The position numbers and the translations under genes are program-made. Positions 39,770-52,959 of a stretch of DNA of 64,000 nt are shown piece by piece; position 1 is the first letter of the stretch, and the number at the start of each line of letters is the position of its first letter. The stretch spans positions 41,678-105,677 of the forward strand of contig NMRA01000603.1 in assembly GCA_002633005.1 (NCBI GenBank). Direction: 5' to 3'. This stretch comes from Phoronis australis. Lineage: Eukaryota > Animalia > Phoronida. Below the pieces are notes generated by a model. It saw nothing but the letters and a program-made list of their open reading frames with translations, was not told the DNA's origin and did not search any database.

Positions 39770-39885
39770 TAAAATGTAACAACTTGTTACACTTTAGGAG
39801 AGGCTTAGCAACATAAAATGTAACAATGACGTAAAATGCAACAGTTGTTACAATTTACGAAACTGTTACATTTTACGGCGTATCA
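39770..39885. repeat. Cluster of inverted/direct aaaatgtaaca / tgttacatttt motifs (MITE end)
   Basis: Motif occurs about six times in both orientations within ~115 bp. Confidence 0.5.
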
Positions 39886-40754
39886 GACCTTTCACCTGTC
39901 TGAGGTCATCAGGCCATATGCAAATAAGGCACCTCAATGCATTTTGAGACTGTAATGCCGGACTTAACGCGCACGAAGGCGTGTCTTTTTGGTCAAGTTT
40001 GAAACGTAAAGAGAAATACTCCAAACTCATCTTAAAATCGCTATATTTACGAAAGGTTACAAAAATGCTTGTGCGCCACGACATGATACAGGTTTCTTGC
40101 AAGATGAGTAACGTTTACTTTCTCATTTTACACTACTTTTCACGTACCAAGCCACTTTAATTTAGAACCGTGTCAAATCTGGACCGTTCTAAATCACATT
40201 TCTAATTTGGACTAACTTTCTTATGATCGAGAAAGAATGTTATTCCACCATGCTAATCCGCAATGCGCGAAAGGCCCTCAGGTTATGTCGGCAGTTAGTC
40301 TCCAGCACAGACCCTCGAGATTTGTTGGGGTCTGCTACAGCGCACTTTTCCATCTGCATTCTCGGAATATTATTGGCTGTTCCGACTTCAAGAAACAAGG
40401 CATTCTATTGGTCAGTTGTATAATAGGTCAAATTAGTTCATCAACATGGCGACTTCCAGTGAAGGAGCTGTTCAAATCTCTCTGTTTCCATCTAACTTCC
40501 GCATTTCAAAGCTAACGAGTCCAGGAATACATCACCAGTAACGTATATGAAACATTTAATATTACTGTGCTGGATTCTGAAGTGTTATGAACTTTTTCGA
40601 AATACTTTGTGGAAAAGATAGCCAGTAGTAGGGACAAGCCAGCGTAGTAGGCCACCCAGGTCAACAGTCACTTATTTTAGGCATAGCACTGAATAGCAGT
40701 AAAGGAGTAACTGAGTGAGTAGCGGCCACGGGAGTTTGTCTCGATCTGAAAAAT

Positions 40755-40925
40755 CACCTTATTCAAGTTTCGAACCCAGTGCCTCTTGCGTCAATGCCAG
40801 ACGTCTCAACCAGTAGACTAAATTCCAATTACCCCTAGGCGAGTGATTAAGAGACTCCTTTATATTACTAAACCCACTGAAGGCAACATGTAGCCCCTCA
40901 GTTGGCCGGTTAGGGGCTACAATAC
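40755..40925 (-). other. tRNA-derived SINE-like head preceded by a hairpin
   Basis: Minus strand: A box tagtctactgg and B box gggttcgaaac; hairpin tgtagcccct...aggggctaca at ~40889-40921. Confidence 0.5.
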
Positions 40926-42774
40926 TTCAAATCGCTTTCTGTACGAATTTCGTCACGTGTATTTTAAACGGGCGGTAGGCCAAATCCGGCCACCGATATA
41001 GAGTTTTCACCTTGTTAAAACATATTCCACTCAAAAAACTATCATTTAAAAAGGTGCTTACTTTCTTCAGTTGCCCTTTATACTTCTACACATATCTTCG
41101 AGAATTAAGGTGACTGCAAAAAATTCTAAATGCACTTTTGGTCACCGTCAATTTTTTTCACTACGCGCGTGATAACCACAAAGTATTTCAATTGAGTTAC
41201 AGTGTACATGAGTTAGGCAAAGACTGAGCGAAGCAAGTGATGCTGGCGCGTGAAACTTGCAAAATAGCATGTGAAGGTATCGGGTGAAAGTTGTAAGATT
41301 TGTGTTCCTCGGACTTTTTTTTCGTCAACATGCATGATTTCACTTAACTTCCTCAAAATGGCACCCGATAAGAGAAACTCGAGAAAACCGCGACAGATTT
41401 TCATCGATTTGTTCAAATTATCTTGACTGAATCGTCTCCAGGGTCATAGTATGTGTTAATTATAACCCCATGTGCATATATGCATGTTTCATTTGATTTC
41501 ATTTCCTGTATTCTGAAATTCGTAACTTTTTGTGGGGATGTACTATCGCCCCTGTATACCTGCGGCATCCAGGGCGACGTACATGTACATGTACTTGCCT
41601 ACACCCACTGCAGATTCACCACAATGCACAAAGCTCCTTTGAATACTGTGAATTTTGAACTAGTGGGTCAGAAAAGGATATATACTGAAATACTGCTATT
41701 CATTGTCATAATACACTGGCACATTTGTCAGTAGTACAGGTACTAGTGCTAACAGTAGTTTAGTAGGAGCATGAAAATACAGTCAATGGTCCTAAACACA
41801 CAAACATTAACCAGTCTAGCAATAGTATGACTGACACTATCGCTTTTGGCGGTGCCATTCTGCAATGAGTGCCATCGTACAGTTGTACCGAGTATTCAAT
41901 TATTTCAGAGGATTTTTATTGATGTGCAATTAGGATTATACTGACTCTTTTGTACATGTATAATCAACAAGATAAAACCTCTCCATTTTGTGAGTTGGCA
42001 GTCATTAAAACTGACCCACTTTGGTGAGAGCTTGTATAGAAGCCTAGTCAACTTTTCCGATAACATAATTTCGCAAAGTTATGTTTTACAGGGAATTAAA
42101 TTTCAGCAAAAAGCTCTCTGGGCTGGATTCTTTTTAAAGGAGAATGCCACCCCAAAACGACCGATTTTGTATCAATTTAGATCGAGTAGTTCGGTTGCGT
42201 TACCTGACACCTGTGTTGAAATTATCCAATGACGTCATTGGTTTCACACGTAGTCTGTTCAGCAGTTCACAACACGGGTTGCTGGTGTCAGCTTATCGCT
42301 TGAATTCATCGTTTAACACCAATAAATCACCAAACTTCGATGTAAAACCCTTAAAAATACACCAAGTTCTTATAAAAACGTGTTGTTTTATTTCGCTGTT
42401 ACGGATTTATTGGTGTTTGGACACACCGTAGCCTACAAAGTTCGGGCAGGCTAATTTACCAAGGTCCGTAGCAGGAGTTTGGGGTCTGTTCGGAGATAAA
42501 TTCGAAGTATTTTTCCGTAAAATACAGACAAGAGAATCTAGATCTGAGTTGTTTAGACTTGTGATTTTTTGAGTTCTAAACACACAAAACGCTTGTAATC
42601 CCGGCCAGTGGTTCGGAACCCGATCAGGCCCGTCGCGGTGCACCAGACTGACTCGTTATCCTGGCTAGTGGCTCCGGAACCCGATCAGGCCCGTCGCGGC
42701 CGCCGGGAGTGGCACGAACATAAACAAGGTTGAGTTGGAAACTAAACCTCTAGTCACGAAAAGACTGTAATAGT

Positions 42775-42931
42775 CAGTGCTGTAGTGGTAAAAGTAGAGG
42801 TAAGTAGGCGCCGAAAGCCCACCGTATCACCTTGAGCACTGAACGTAACATACGGTGAGTAGGCGCTACGTTCAAATGCCAAAGGTGGTTGGCTGCGCCT
42901 ATACTTGCACCTTCATCCCACTACAACACTG
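42775..42931. mobile_element. hAT-like MITE nested in the Kolobok element
   Basis: TIR cagtgctgtagtgg / ccactacaacactg; 8-bp flanks gtaatagt / ataatagt (7/8). Confidence 0.7.
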
Positions 42932-43527
42932 ATAATAGTGAGTCAAAGAATAATGTGCACGTAATTATTTACGTGAATTAGCCAGGAAACAGAAAATCTG
43001 CTTACTTGTTGGGGACCGCGAAGTCGGGTTCCCCTTCCACAGACCGTCAGGGCAAAGGTTGTACATTAACAATGATTTGAATAATGTATTTGTATTTCTA
43101 AATAAAGATTCCCCTAACATGTGACCATAGCATATAAAATCGTGTAATTGTTCCAGGTTTCTATCAGCAAACAGTGATTTAGCATGCGCTCACACGGCCT
43201 CGATGCCCAGTCAATTATCTTTATTCATTGCCGGCATCAAAAGCAGGTAACTTATTGGTTTAGTTATTGCTGGCTTCTCAAAATTTGCACTCACGAATAT
43301 TGCAAAGGCATTACAAATCGTATCTATTGAGACAGGCTTTGTTTCAGTTTTATATAAGCATTGGTTAAGATGAGAATAACTCATTTTGATAAAGAACGCA
43401 GAATACATGTACATGGCAACTCGCCCGGCGCCACTATCCCGATTTAGTCAAAAGCGCATCTGACGAAGACTTCACGGGTCTTATCGTTAGGTTTCACAGG
43501 CTATCAGTTCGAACTGGAATACACTAA

Positions 43528-43821
43528 TCAAGAAATACTAGAGACGCGCCGTGAGCTTGCACAGACAACGAAACGTACGTATAATTCTTTGGTAAGCCAG
43601 AATTCTTCAGAGAAATCACTGTCGACGAAATGCCGGCCACAGACACGGAGATGTTTCACGACCTCATACTTGCTACATGTATTAAAAGCGTACCTTTCAT
43701 TCTTCACTACCGCGAGCCAATTCCTAAGTACTTCGGGCTTTCGAGGAAGTAAAAAAATGATATACCCACTTTCTTCGTAGCTTCGGACAGGCACGAACGA
43801 TGTACCGCAATATAGCGGCAT
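43528..43821 (-). pseudogene. Degenerate THAP domain ORF of the Kolobok-like element
   Basis: MPLYC...LPRKPEVLRNWLAVVK...HLRVCGRHFVDSDF: P, W and CxxHF are retained; the second Cys is lost. Confidence 0.7.
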
Positions 43822-45859
43822 TAACTCTGCAGACGAACCACTGACATCGCTGCGTCATTTCTCACCTTCCTCACATGTTAACGCGACACCTTTCGGCAAG
43901 GTGAGGTCGACCGTATAAGAGGCGATATGGATATAGACCGAATAAGACGATGAAAAAGACTAATTAAATCGGGTGGCATTCTCCTTTAACACAAGCCTCA
44001 GTTGTATGTGAAACCTTCAGTGGTTTTGGTGCAAAAATGGATCATTTTATACCAAAATCTAAATCCTTTTGTGTGGAAATTATTTGAAATGCACTCTTGA
44101 TGGTGACTTTTGCAACACCTGTGTCACTGGTCAGAGAGGCATATTTGGTTAATGCAATCTATGCAGGTCCCCTCTCTCTCTCTCCTGGACCATGACTCGT
44201 CGACTGTTTCATTTTTTACTTTCCACGTTCACATGATGTCAAGTGTTGCAGATTGCAACAGTTTTCTATTAATTTTCAGTCTAATTGCAAAACATTCTAA
44301 AACTACTTAGGTTCTCTGTAAAGCATCCAGGATTTAGACATTGTAAGCAAGCGAACTTTAAAAGCCTAGTTCATTGAAATGACTATTTTCCAAAACTTCT
44401 CACATTTCGAAATTGGGAGTTCAGGGTACTTCAAAGATTTTAAGTTGGGTCACTTGTGGGTTGTATTGTTATCCAGGCTATAGTCACTCACTTGCAATCC
44501 GCATTTTGAGAACAAGTATACAATGAAAAACAAGCTCTTGTTATGCAGTAGAAAACACTGGTTCTCAAAGGGGGCTCCCCTGTATGTGACTATTACCATT
44601 ATGTTTTTCTCAGTGTTTTGAGCAACATGCTAGTGTTTCATTCTTGTGACTATGATCTACATATTACAGCAGTGATTTTAGTCAACATATTGGTCTTTTC
44701 GAAAACTTTTTCAAAATTACAAATTTGACTCTCAGAGGGGCCCCTCGAGGCAAGAGTTGGGCAGAGTGAAATGCTTCAGAACATTCGCACTGGCAAACAC
44801 CCTCACGTTGACTCAATATTAAAAACCGTGATGTTATTGTGTTTCTAGACTCATAGGCTACAAAACACAACACAGGCCAAGAAATCAGTCGAACCATTGG
44901 GAACTTTATATTGCTGAATGTATTGATTAGAAATATGGTTTAGTTTGGGGATAGACTGAAATACTAGGTCTGGGCAAAGTTTGGATTAACATAGCCGTGG
45001 GCGCACAATAGGGCTACCCCCTCTTCATTACAAAATTTCCCCCCCAGTTGAAGCTCATTACAGTTTTGTTCTTGACTAGCTCCCCTGTCTCTGTCCCCTG
45101 TTCATGCAGTGCCTCCAGGTTACCCCTCTCATTACAGTCACAATCATTGGTCGCCAAAAATTTCAAGTTTGGCAACCTCTGTTGAAGAATTCTGACTACA
45201 CCGGTGATGCTGGGGGAATAGTTTATTAAAGACCCGACTGCCACTCAAGTTGCACATTCACTGTCTTGGTAAAGGGTAGACCATTATGTAAATAATGCCT
45301 GGGCCCTGGTAGGTTTCAACTTATTACTCAATATTATTTTTGTTATTTTCTATTCTACTTTTGGTTGAACTCAAGATAAGTTTCTCTTATTCTGTATTTG
45401 TGTGCTAAGTGATGGAACATTAGGTTTCATTTTTATTGAACTTCAAACCTCGGACCACAGTCTAAATGGGTGGAGATTATTCTTTTGCCGTGCCAGATTA
45501 TCCATTAAACTAAAGCTTATGGCCCACTTGGAACACCTCTCGGGTTTTTTCGAAGAGCTCTACAAATTTAATCTGGGAATACTCCAGAGCACCTCCGCTA
45601 CTTTCATATTTACAATTTTTTCTTCGAAACACTTCGTAGCCTCAAATAACCTCTCGGAGATGAGCGTTATCCAAAATATGGCCAGTCAAGTGACTTTCAA
45701 TCTTGAAAATAATAGGCTAAGTGAAGTTCGCACACATGTGCACAGCATTCACCTATTAGGTGTAATTTGAGGTAACGAAAGCACCCGAGGTGTTCTGGAT
45801 GCCCTTGGAAGATAACATTTTCAGCACATGCTCGAACTTTTGTTATTGTGGTCAAACGT

Positions 45860-47700
45860 TCTCCACTAACTATGATAGTCACGCAGGTTAAATTCACCTC
45901 CAATGAGAAATCTGAGGCCCCGAATATACCCAAGTAGTCGGTGGGCCAGATTTTGTAGGGCCTCTAGAAAATGGTTTTTGTGAGTACTTTTGGGGGGCAA
46001 TTTCATTTTGGTGTTTTTTAATTCATTTATTAGAGTGTTTTCAAAATCTAAAAAGTTCCCACATATAAAGTTGCACATTTTTGAAAAATTTGAGTTTGAA
46101 GTTACATAATAATCACCAAAGAGCTTAGTAAACTTATATTTGTAAAAACAACAGTTTTGGTGACTTTTTTGTAAAACAAGTAATATGGTCCCNNNNNNNN
46201 NNNNNNNNNNNNNNNNNNNNNNNNNNNNNNNNNNNNNNNNNNNNNNNNNNNNNNNNNNNNNNNNNNNNNNNNNNNNNNNNNNNNNNNNNNNNNNNNNNNN
46301 NNNNNNNNNNNNNNNNNNNNNNNNNNNNNNNNNNNNNNNNNNNNNNNNNNNNNNNNNNNNNNNNNNNNNNNNNNNNNNNNNNNNNNNNNNNNNNNNNNNN
46401 NNNNNNNNNNNNNNNNNNNNNNNNNNNNNNNNNNNNNNNNNNNNNNNNNNNNNNNNNNNNNNNNNNNNNNNNNNNNNNNNNNNNNNNNNNNNNNNNNNNN
46501 NNNNNNNNNNNNNNNNNNNNNNNNNNNNNNNNNNNNNNNNNNNNNNNNNNNNNNNNNNNNNNNNNNNNNNNNNNNNNNNNNNNNNNNNNNNNNNNNNNNN
46601 NNNNNNNNNNNNNNNNNNNNNNNNNNNNNNNNNNNNNNNNNNNNNNNNNNNNNNNNNNNNNNNNNNNNNNNNNNNNNNNNNNNNNNNNNNNNNNNNNNNN
46701 NNNNNNNNNNNNNNNNNNNNNNNNNNNNNNNNNNNNNNNNNNNNNNNNNNNNNNNNNNNNNNNNNNNNNNNNNNNNNNNNNNNNNNNNNNNNNNNNNNNN
46801 NNNNNNNNNNNNNNNNNNNNNNNNNNNNNNNNNNNNNNNNNNNNNNNNNNNNNNNNNNNNNNNNNNNNNNNNNNNNNNNNNNNNNNNNNNNNNNNNNNNN
46901 NNNNNNNNNNNNNNNNNNNNNNNNNNNNNNNNNNNNNNNNNNNNNNNNNNNNNNNNNNNNNNNNNNNNNNNNNNNNNNNNNNNNNNNNNNNNNNNNNNNN
47001 NNNNNNNNNNNNNNNNNNNNNNNNNNNNNNNNNNNNNNNNNNNNNNNTAATTGATTTTCTTGGGAAATCTTGGATAACATCTGTATCACTTTCAACAACT
47101 TCAGCTTTAGTACTACTGTTGGTGCATTGAAACGTTGCTATGCCGTTCTATGTCCTTTCAATTTTTTGGTCTGACACTTGGTCTTCTAGTCTACAGCACT
47201 CAGCAGTATACTGTGTAGGCTACCAGGACATGCAGATGTTTTCTGCACAAACGTTTGTGACACCTCTTCTTCTTTTTGATCTACTGATCTACAGAGTTCC
47301 ACAGTCAATAAGCTTTCGTCAGGACGCTTTCCTAAGCTTCTTTAGGCTCTGACATCATAATTTTGTGCTGTTTGATAAACCTTGAATTATACAGGCATCA
47401 CACTCCATGGGAGCAGCCATATTGAAGTAACTAAGCACAACAATACAATACCGCCTGGCTCTCTGATTGATCAATTCAATAGAAAAGCGCCATCAAGTGG
47501 CAGGAATGTGCATCATATTTTGTGCAACAAAAACAACTTTTTTAAAAAAAATGTGCAAGTGTAGACGTGGGAACTTTTTGGAATTTGATTTATGGGTATA
47601 TTATCTAGCCACATAGAAAAAACTAGGTTGCCCCCCCAAAGTACTCACAAGGGTGAACGCTATGAGATCTGGCCCACCGACTAAAGGTGATCTGAATGGT
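45860..47700. mobile_element. Probable DNA transposon with long inverted arms around the second gap (true ends not resolved)
   Basis: tagtcggtgggccagat...tgtgagtacttttggggggcaa (45935-46000) is inverted at ttgcccccccaaagtactcaca...atctggcccaccgacta (47628-47683). Confidence 0.45.
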
Positions 47701-47886
47701 TTAGGACACTCAAGTTGTGCAAAAAGGGAAATGGGGAAGAAAAAATATGGCAGTAAGGGGAGGGGTGTAGCTCGAAAATTGTGGCTACCTGGAAGGTCGA
47801 AAATTGTGGTGTTCAAAGGAATGAATACTGAGTAGGCCGCGAAGTGGTGGATATTGGGCGCCAGCAGTGTCTACTGTAACACTATA

Positions 47887-48046
47887 CAGTGACGGATTTA
47901 GGGGGAAGGGGGGTGGCAAGGAGGCCATAGCCCTGCCTTAAATTCTCCCACATTCCATTTGGCAGTTTGGGGGTGCAAATGTCTGACGGGCAAAATACTC
48001 TGCCCTTGCCCCTGCCCCCCAACTCAAAATCCTGGATCCTCCCCTG
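47887..48046 (+). mobile_element. MITE family A, copy 4
   Basis: cagtgacggatttagggg...aaaatcctggatcctcccctg with the shared core. Confidence 0.7.
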
Positions 48047-48517
48047 CTGAATGATCCTACAGCAAGGGAGGATCCAGGAATTCGAGACAGGATTTTTCAG
48101 TCATCTCTGCCCAGTAATGAACTACAATAAAACATGATGAAAACGAAGATCAACGTTCGCACTACGTTTGTATTTATCTAGCACTCAACAACTGTCGTCA
48201 TGTTGACTTGTAATTCAACTATCACTGTTCGTACCAAATGTGACGTAAGATGGCAACTGGAATGATCTATGTCACAGTGATGCTAAAGGCAAAACGTGTA
48301 TTTAGTGCACATGCGTCTTGAATAATTGGTCTCAGGTGTGCTACATGTACAAGTAAGCCACTTGGTCATCCTGTGTCGTCAGGCAAAAAAGATAATTTGA
48401 GGTAGTCACTTTGTGCCTTTTGCTGAAGCCCGCTCTTTACTTACTTGACGTCACAGTAAGTTAACGAATCAAGGTTCAACAGAGATTAGAATCCCAGACC
48501 AGAACCTAAATTTGGCC

Positions 48518-49557
48518 TTATCTAATTGCCGTATTTTTACTTTTGTCAAGAATTGCAACCAATTCTCCGTCGGTTTTCGTACGCTGCTTAATTAAAGCGC
48601 ACAGCAATACAAAACAAAGTAAGGACATTATAATCCCACCAAACACGAGATACATTAACACTATTGGGCCAATGACGTCAAATAAAAGAGGTACTATAGG
48701 TGGAAAAATCATGGCACCTATTGCGTCTCCTCCAACGCACATCCCCACAATAAATGGGTCTTCAGAAATGTTTTTCAAACAAATGCTCAAAAATGATGCC
48801 AGCATTGAACTGAACAAAAGTCCTACACAGATTGAAGATATCCACAAAAGAACTCTGCTTTCTTCTGCCCAAATGCACAAGGCCAGAAAAAGAATAGCCA
48901 ATGAAAGAAGACTAATAGTAATCATTTGAATGGGTGTCAACAACTTGGAAACCCAAATCGCATTCACTCTTCCAAAAGTCAGAGCCAAAAAGATGACTGA
49001 CGTCATCAGGACAGCCTCCGCTTTTGGGATGTCCGTTTTTGAGTCAACACAAAACGTAGTGATAAAATCCTGGTACATTTTTAGAGACCCACATTGAAAA
49101 ACGATGCTAAAAAATGCTAGAACTAACATGCAAGTTAGTCGCTTATTGCTCAATACGTCACGCAGTTGTCCAGATTTCTTTTCTTCTTCAGTTTGTCTGC
49201 TTTCTTTGGTCTTACAACACTGTTCCAAGATACTTATACAGAAGAAGCACGCAGCAGGCAAACAACAGAGAGCGCCAAGTGTCACGTATCCGTAAAGCAC
49301 GTGCGATTCTGTCCAGCGTTTCAAATGTTGTTGCTGGCGAGTACAGTTTATTAAACAGTGAGTGTCCTGTGTAGTGGAGTTTCCATTTAATGTTTGATTC
49401 CATGTGTCGTCGTAAACGCTCGGCAACTCCTTCGACAGAAAAGGACGTATTACAATTGGCCCAAGTACTGCTCCACACATCTTAAATGCAAATTCGGCCT
49501 GCAGAAACTGATCTCTGTGTTTTAGTTCGCTTCGCTCGAGTATGATGACTAAGAACA
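48518..49557 (-). CDS. MFS transporter (MFSD4/sodium-dependent glucose transporter 1-like), coding exon 3 (last)
   Basis: 1040-nt open frame with many hydrophobic TM segments (GAVLGPIVIRPFL, ALTFGR, GAMIFPPIVPLLF). Acceptor tttttacag at 49558-49566; phase matches exon 2 (G|TG = Val); stop TAA at 48518. Confidence 0.9.
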
Positions 49558-49816
49558 CTGTAAAAATCAAATAACGTAATTAACATTTAGTTATTTTTGA
49601 GGAAGTTAGTTGCACACCCTCTTCACACTAGCAAACTGTTTCCTAGTTGCAGTTATGACTCATTTATGATGGGTCGAAAGGGTTAATGCAACTTACAATG
49701 TTTTGAGGATGTGTGCAGGTGTGTGACTGTTGCAATCAGCGATTTAACTAACTTTGAGGACTCCATTTGGGGGAGAGCCGAAGTAATTATTAATCAACCA
49801 AGTTGCTGTTTATGAT

Positions 49817-49823
49817 GTGTGTG

Positions 49824-49868
<45 letters not shown>

Positions 49869-49878
49869 TGTGTTTGTG
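49817..49878. repeat. (TG)n microsatellite, intronic
   Basis: Direct reading of the sequence. Confidence 0.95.
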
Positions 49879-49977
49879 TAGTTTTTACGTCACTAGAGGA
49901 CAAACCAAAAGTGATCGATCAAGTAATCGAAGACTTACGAATGTATAAGTCACGTTTTTCCAACAGTAATAACTTAC

Positions 49978-50450
49978 TTGTACAACCAATCACCGTCACG
50001 CCGTTACAACCACCAAGAGAACAGCACCCCCTTTCATGCGAAGACCGTTATCCCCACATCACCACAACCACCAAGAGAATCGCACCACCATACTCCCCCA
50101 ATCAGTCTCGCACTTTCAATATGACTTACATGTAGAGAATCGCACCACCACTTACATGTACACCAATCCTCACACCATCATAACCACCAAGAGATCGAAA
50201 GGCACCACAATATACATGGATATCCAATCATCCCCACATCATCGCAACCATCAAGACAACTGCGCCGCCATTTACATGTACACCCAATCACCCCTTAAGC
50301 CATCACAACTACCACGACACTAGCACCACCATTTACATGAACGCTCAACCAGTGTCCAGAATTTACCACCAACGTCATTCAACACCATCTCTACCAAAGT
50401 GTCAGAATCCCGCTTCATAACCATTTTCCAATCACTTCCACCACCATAAT
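49978..50450. repeat. Degenerate CA-rich minisatellite (~60-bp unit) in MFS intron 2
   Basis: Recurring accaccaagaga.tcgcaccacca..tacatgtacacc.aatca blocks. Confidence 0.65.
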
Positions 50451-50765
50451 GACAAATGACACCCAGTATACCACCAGTCAATCCTACAACAGTGCCAGAT
50501 TGAGGGTTAGGCAAAATAACTTCAATGCAGAGCCTCAGAAACAGTGGGCCCCACCTCACACCGACAGGGCACTTGTAAAATTGTGTCATCGGAGAGGGGG
50601 GGGTGCCTGCAATAAACTGAAGACTAGTGGAAATTGACAACAGGGCTCCCAGACTGTTTAACATTTGAGGCCCCGCGAAACACTAACTCGGCACTGCACT
50701 ATTGGTACAACGCTATCGCTAACACCCACTACCACCATGCGGCCAAAATACAAAATGTCATTTAC

Positions 50766-51048
50766 CAACTGCCGTTATTCCAGCAAATGTTCCCTGAGCA
50801 GTGATCATCACCGCCGTGAAAACTAATGAAGAAGAAATCGGTATCAGAGCTGTGCTGACAGCCAACAAAAGCAAAAACAGTGCAGCCAGAACGACTTTGT
50901 CCAGAAACATTAGACATCTCGAGGACAGAATGCCAATTATAAAACCGAGACCCCACGGTGCCAAAACAAACGCAGCTTGCTCCATTTTGCTGTTGGTCAC
51001 TTGAAGGAGATCCGGAAGGGCAGCGCCTATTGTTAAAAAAGCCATGCC
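50766..51048 (-). CDS. MFS transporter, coding exon 2
   Basis: GMAFLTIGAALPDLLQVTNSKMEQAAFVLAPWGLGFIIG...QGTFAGITAV; the G..LPDL motif is typical of MFSD4-type TM1. Acceptor tttcag|GGC, donor G|gtaaat. Confidence 0.9.
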
Positions 51049-51177
51049 CTGAAATGAAATCAATTGCTGTGTTAAATACATGTTTGAGTTTGCTTCATGT
51101 AACATGTCATATCAAAGTATGAAGCTAAAATATAAGGCTGCAACGTAATCATGTAATTTTCTACCAAGTACATGTAT

Positions 51178-51370
51178 AGACCTTATTTACGCAGTGGCCA
51201 TTGAAAAGTAGGCCTCTACTTGGGTTTGAAAACAATCCACTTGAGACATAAAATACTAACGAGGTATGCAAACAATGCACGATTTGCACCATGATTAAGC
51301 GCGGAATACGTTATTTTTATAACCTAAAATGAGGCTCACTCTTAAAATGGCCACTGCGTGAATATGGGGT
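51178..51370. mobile_element. ISL2EU-type MITE (AT flanks) in MFS intron 1
   Basis: at|agaccttatttacgcagtggccatt ... aatggccactgcgtgaatatggggt|at. Confidence 0.65.
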
Positions 51371-52459
51371 ATTCAGGAAATCGCAGTACTCCTTTATGTA
51401 CCTTAAACGCAAATTATAAACTTCATTTCTGAGTCATCGCACATAGTATGAATCATAGTTGACCGTGGCTCCGCAAAAATTAATATGTATCTCTAAACTC
51501 AGCATTTGATTGTATCTTATTTCATTGTAGATGTACTAATTTCTGTTGCTATATAGTATTACGTATATTGCTCTTCTTAATTGTTAGTATCTATTTAATT
51601 TATTGTTACTTGGTGGTCAGGTATTAGCGGCCCGTGCCTTTGCTGGTCACCCAGTCATATAACAACGTATGTTTTATATGATTTAAAAAAATAAAAGATT
51701 ATTCGACCAGGATTCATTTGTTTTGAATGGAATCAGCTGAATTTTGAAGTTTCAGTTCTAAAGTCTCCTCGACCTTTGACCATGGACTTTTTCGACCAGT
51801 GGCTATGGTCGCCTACTTTAATAAATGAAGAGAGCAGATTCGATATTTTTAAAGTCATCTTAGAAAAATACAAGGCTCCTCAACCTTACAAATTTAATTC
51901 GTATTTACGTAGTTTCCATTGATACTTTCTATAATTATTGTGCCTCGAAATGTACCGGTACTCGCACTTATTCGATTAGTTTGTAACGTTACATGTAATT
52001 CGATAGAAACTTGGTGACTGGTTAACTGCAAACAGTTTTTCCTCTGTTGAAACGCATTACTCAATTCTTCGTTTGCCGCCCCGCCCCCCCCCCCCTCCCG
52101 GCTCCCCGTATACTGCAAAGTCTTTACGACAGCAGTCGCTAGCAAGTCGAGTTTCACGTTTGGCCCCTGCTGTTGAGTACATCTGGAGTAAACCGACGTA
52201 ATGCGTTGATGGACGTAAGCCTAAACACGCATCTGTACATGGTAACGGCGCGTGGAACGATTTGTCCCTGAAGTCCGACAGATTCAACATGGATACATAA
52301 TTATTATAACGACAGTGCCTACATGGCAGCGACATTTTTCGGCCTATTTCTTAGGGATAATCGGCGAAAGATTTGAACTTCTGGTGGTAAAGTGTTCCTT
52401 CTAACGGAACGTGATGGCACGTGAATATTGAGCTTGATAAATTAAAGATTGCAACTCAC

Positions 52460-52588
52460 CCTCACAAAAAGTCCCAAAAAACATGCACAAATTGTGAAAA
52501 TATCCAACTTGTTGACCCATGTCTTTTCGACTTTGGCAGCGCTGGAGTCGGGTAGTGATAGTGAATTCTCTTCTAACAGATAATACAT
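52460..52588 (-). CDS. MFS transporter, coding exon 1 (not in the ORF track)
   Basis: MYYLLEENSLSLPDSSAAKVEKTWVNKLDIFTICACFLGLFVR|gtgagt, phase 0, joins GMAFLTIG to complete TM1. Exons total 129+283+1040=1452 nt (483 aa plus stop). An upstream acceptor tgttttacag at 52596 implies a 5' UTR intron. Confidence 0.85.
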
Positions 52589-52959
52589 CTTCAAACTGTA
52601 AAACAACAATCATGTTAGCAATCTTCCTTATGCAGGAACATTGGGTAAAATTACTACACACGAAGCTATCACAATTTAACGTATTCAACGGCAGGCAAGG
52701 TGTGGAAGAAGTTGCAGATGAGTACCTTTCGTGAAAAGGTGGCTCGATCTATTTTGTTAGATTGCAAGAGACCACGGGTATGTATTTTTATTGTTAAATG
52801 ATATGTTATCAAAACATCATCCAAATTAACGTTTTTTGAAAATATGTACACCACAGAAAGCAAATAAGAAAAATGCAAATTCTTGTATATAACAGCTTAT
52901 TATTTAAATGACTTGTTATTAAAGTGACATAGGCAAAATTTGAATTAGTGCAAGTTTTA

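Larger units (their letters stand above)
42138..43985 (-). mobile_element. Kolobok-like DNA transposon (internally deleted, 1848 bp) carrying a THAP relic
   Basis: Perfect 15-bp TIR aggagaatgccaccc / gggtggcattctcct; TTAA on both sides (42134-42137, 43986-43989); AG..CT termini. Confidence 0.8.

Noticed and set aside
45866-47098. 410-aa and 289-aa ORFs
   Set aside because: Mostly Ns (46193-47047); the flanks show no recognisable protein motif.
48543-49374. Plus-strand ORFs overlapping the MFS last exon
   Set aside because: Antisense shadows of the real coding exon; no independent evidence.
49803-50323. ORFs with CVCVC and His/Thr-rich repeats
   Set aside because: Translations of a (TG)n microsatellite and a minisatellite inside an MFS intron.
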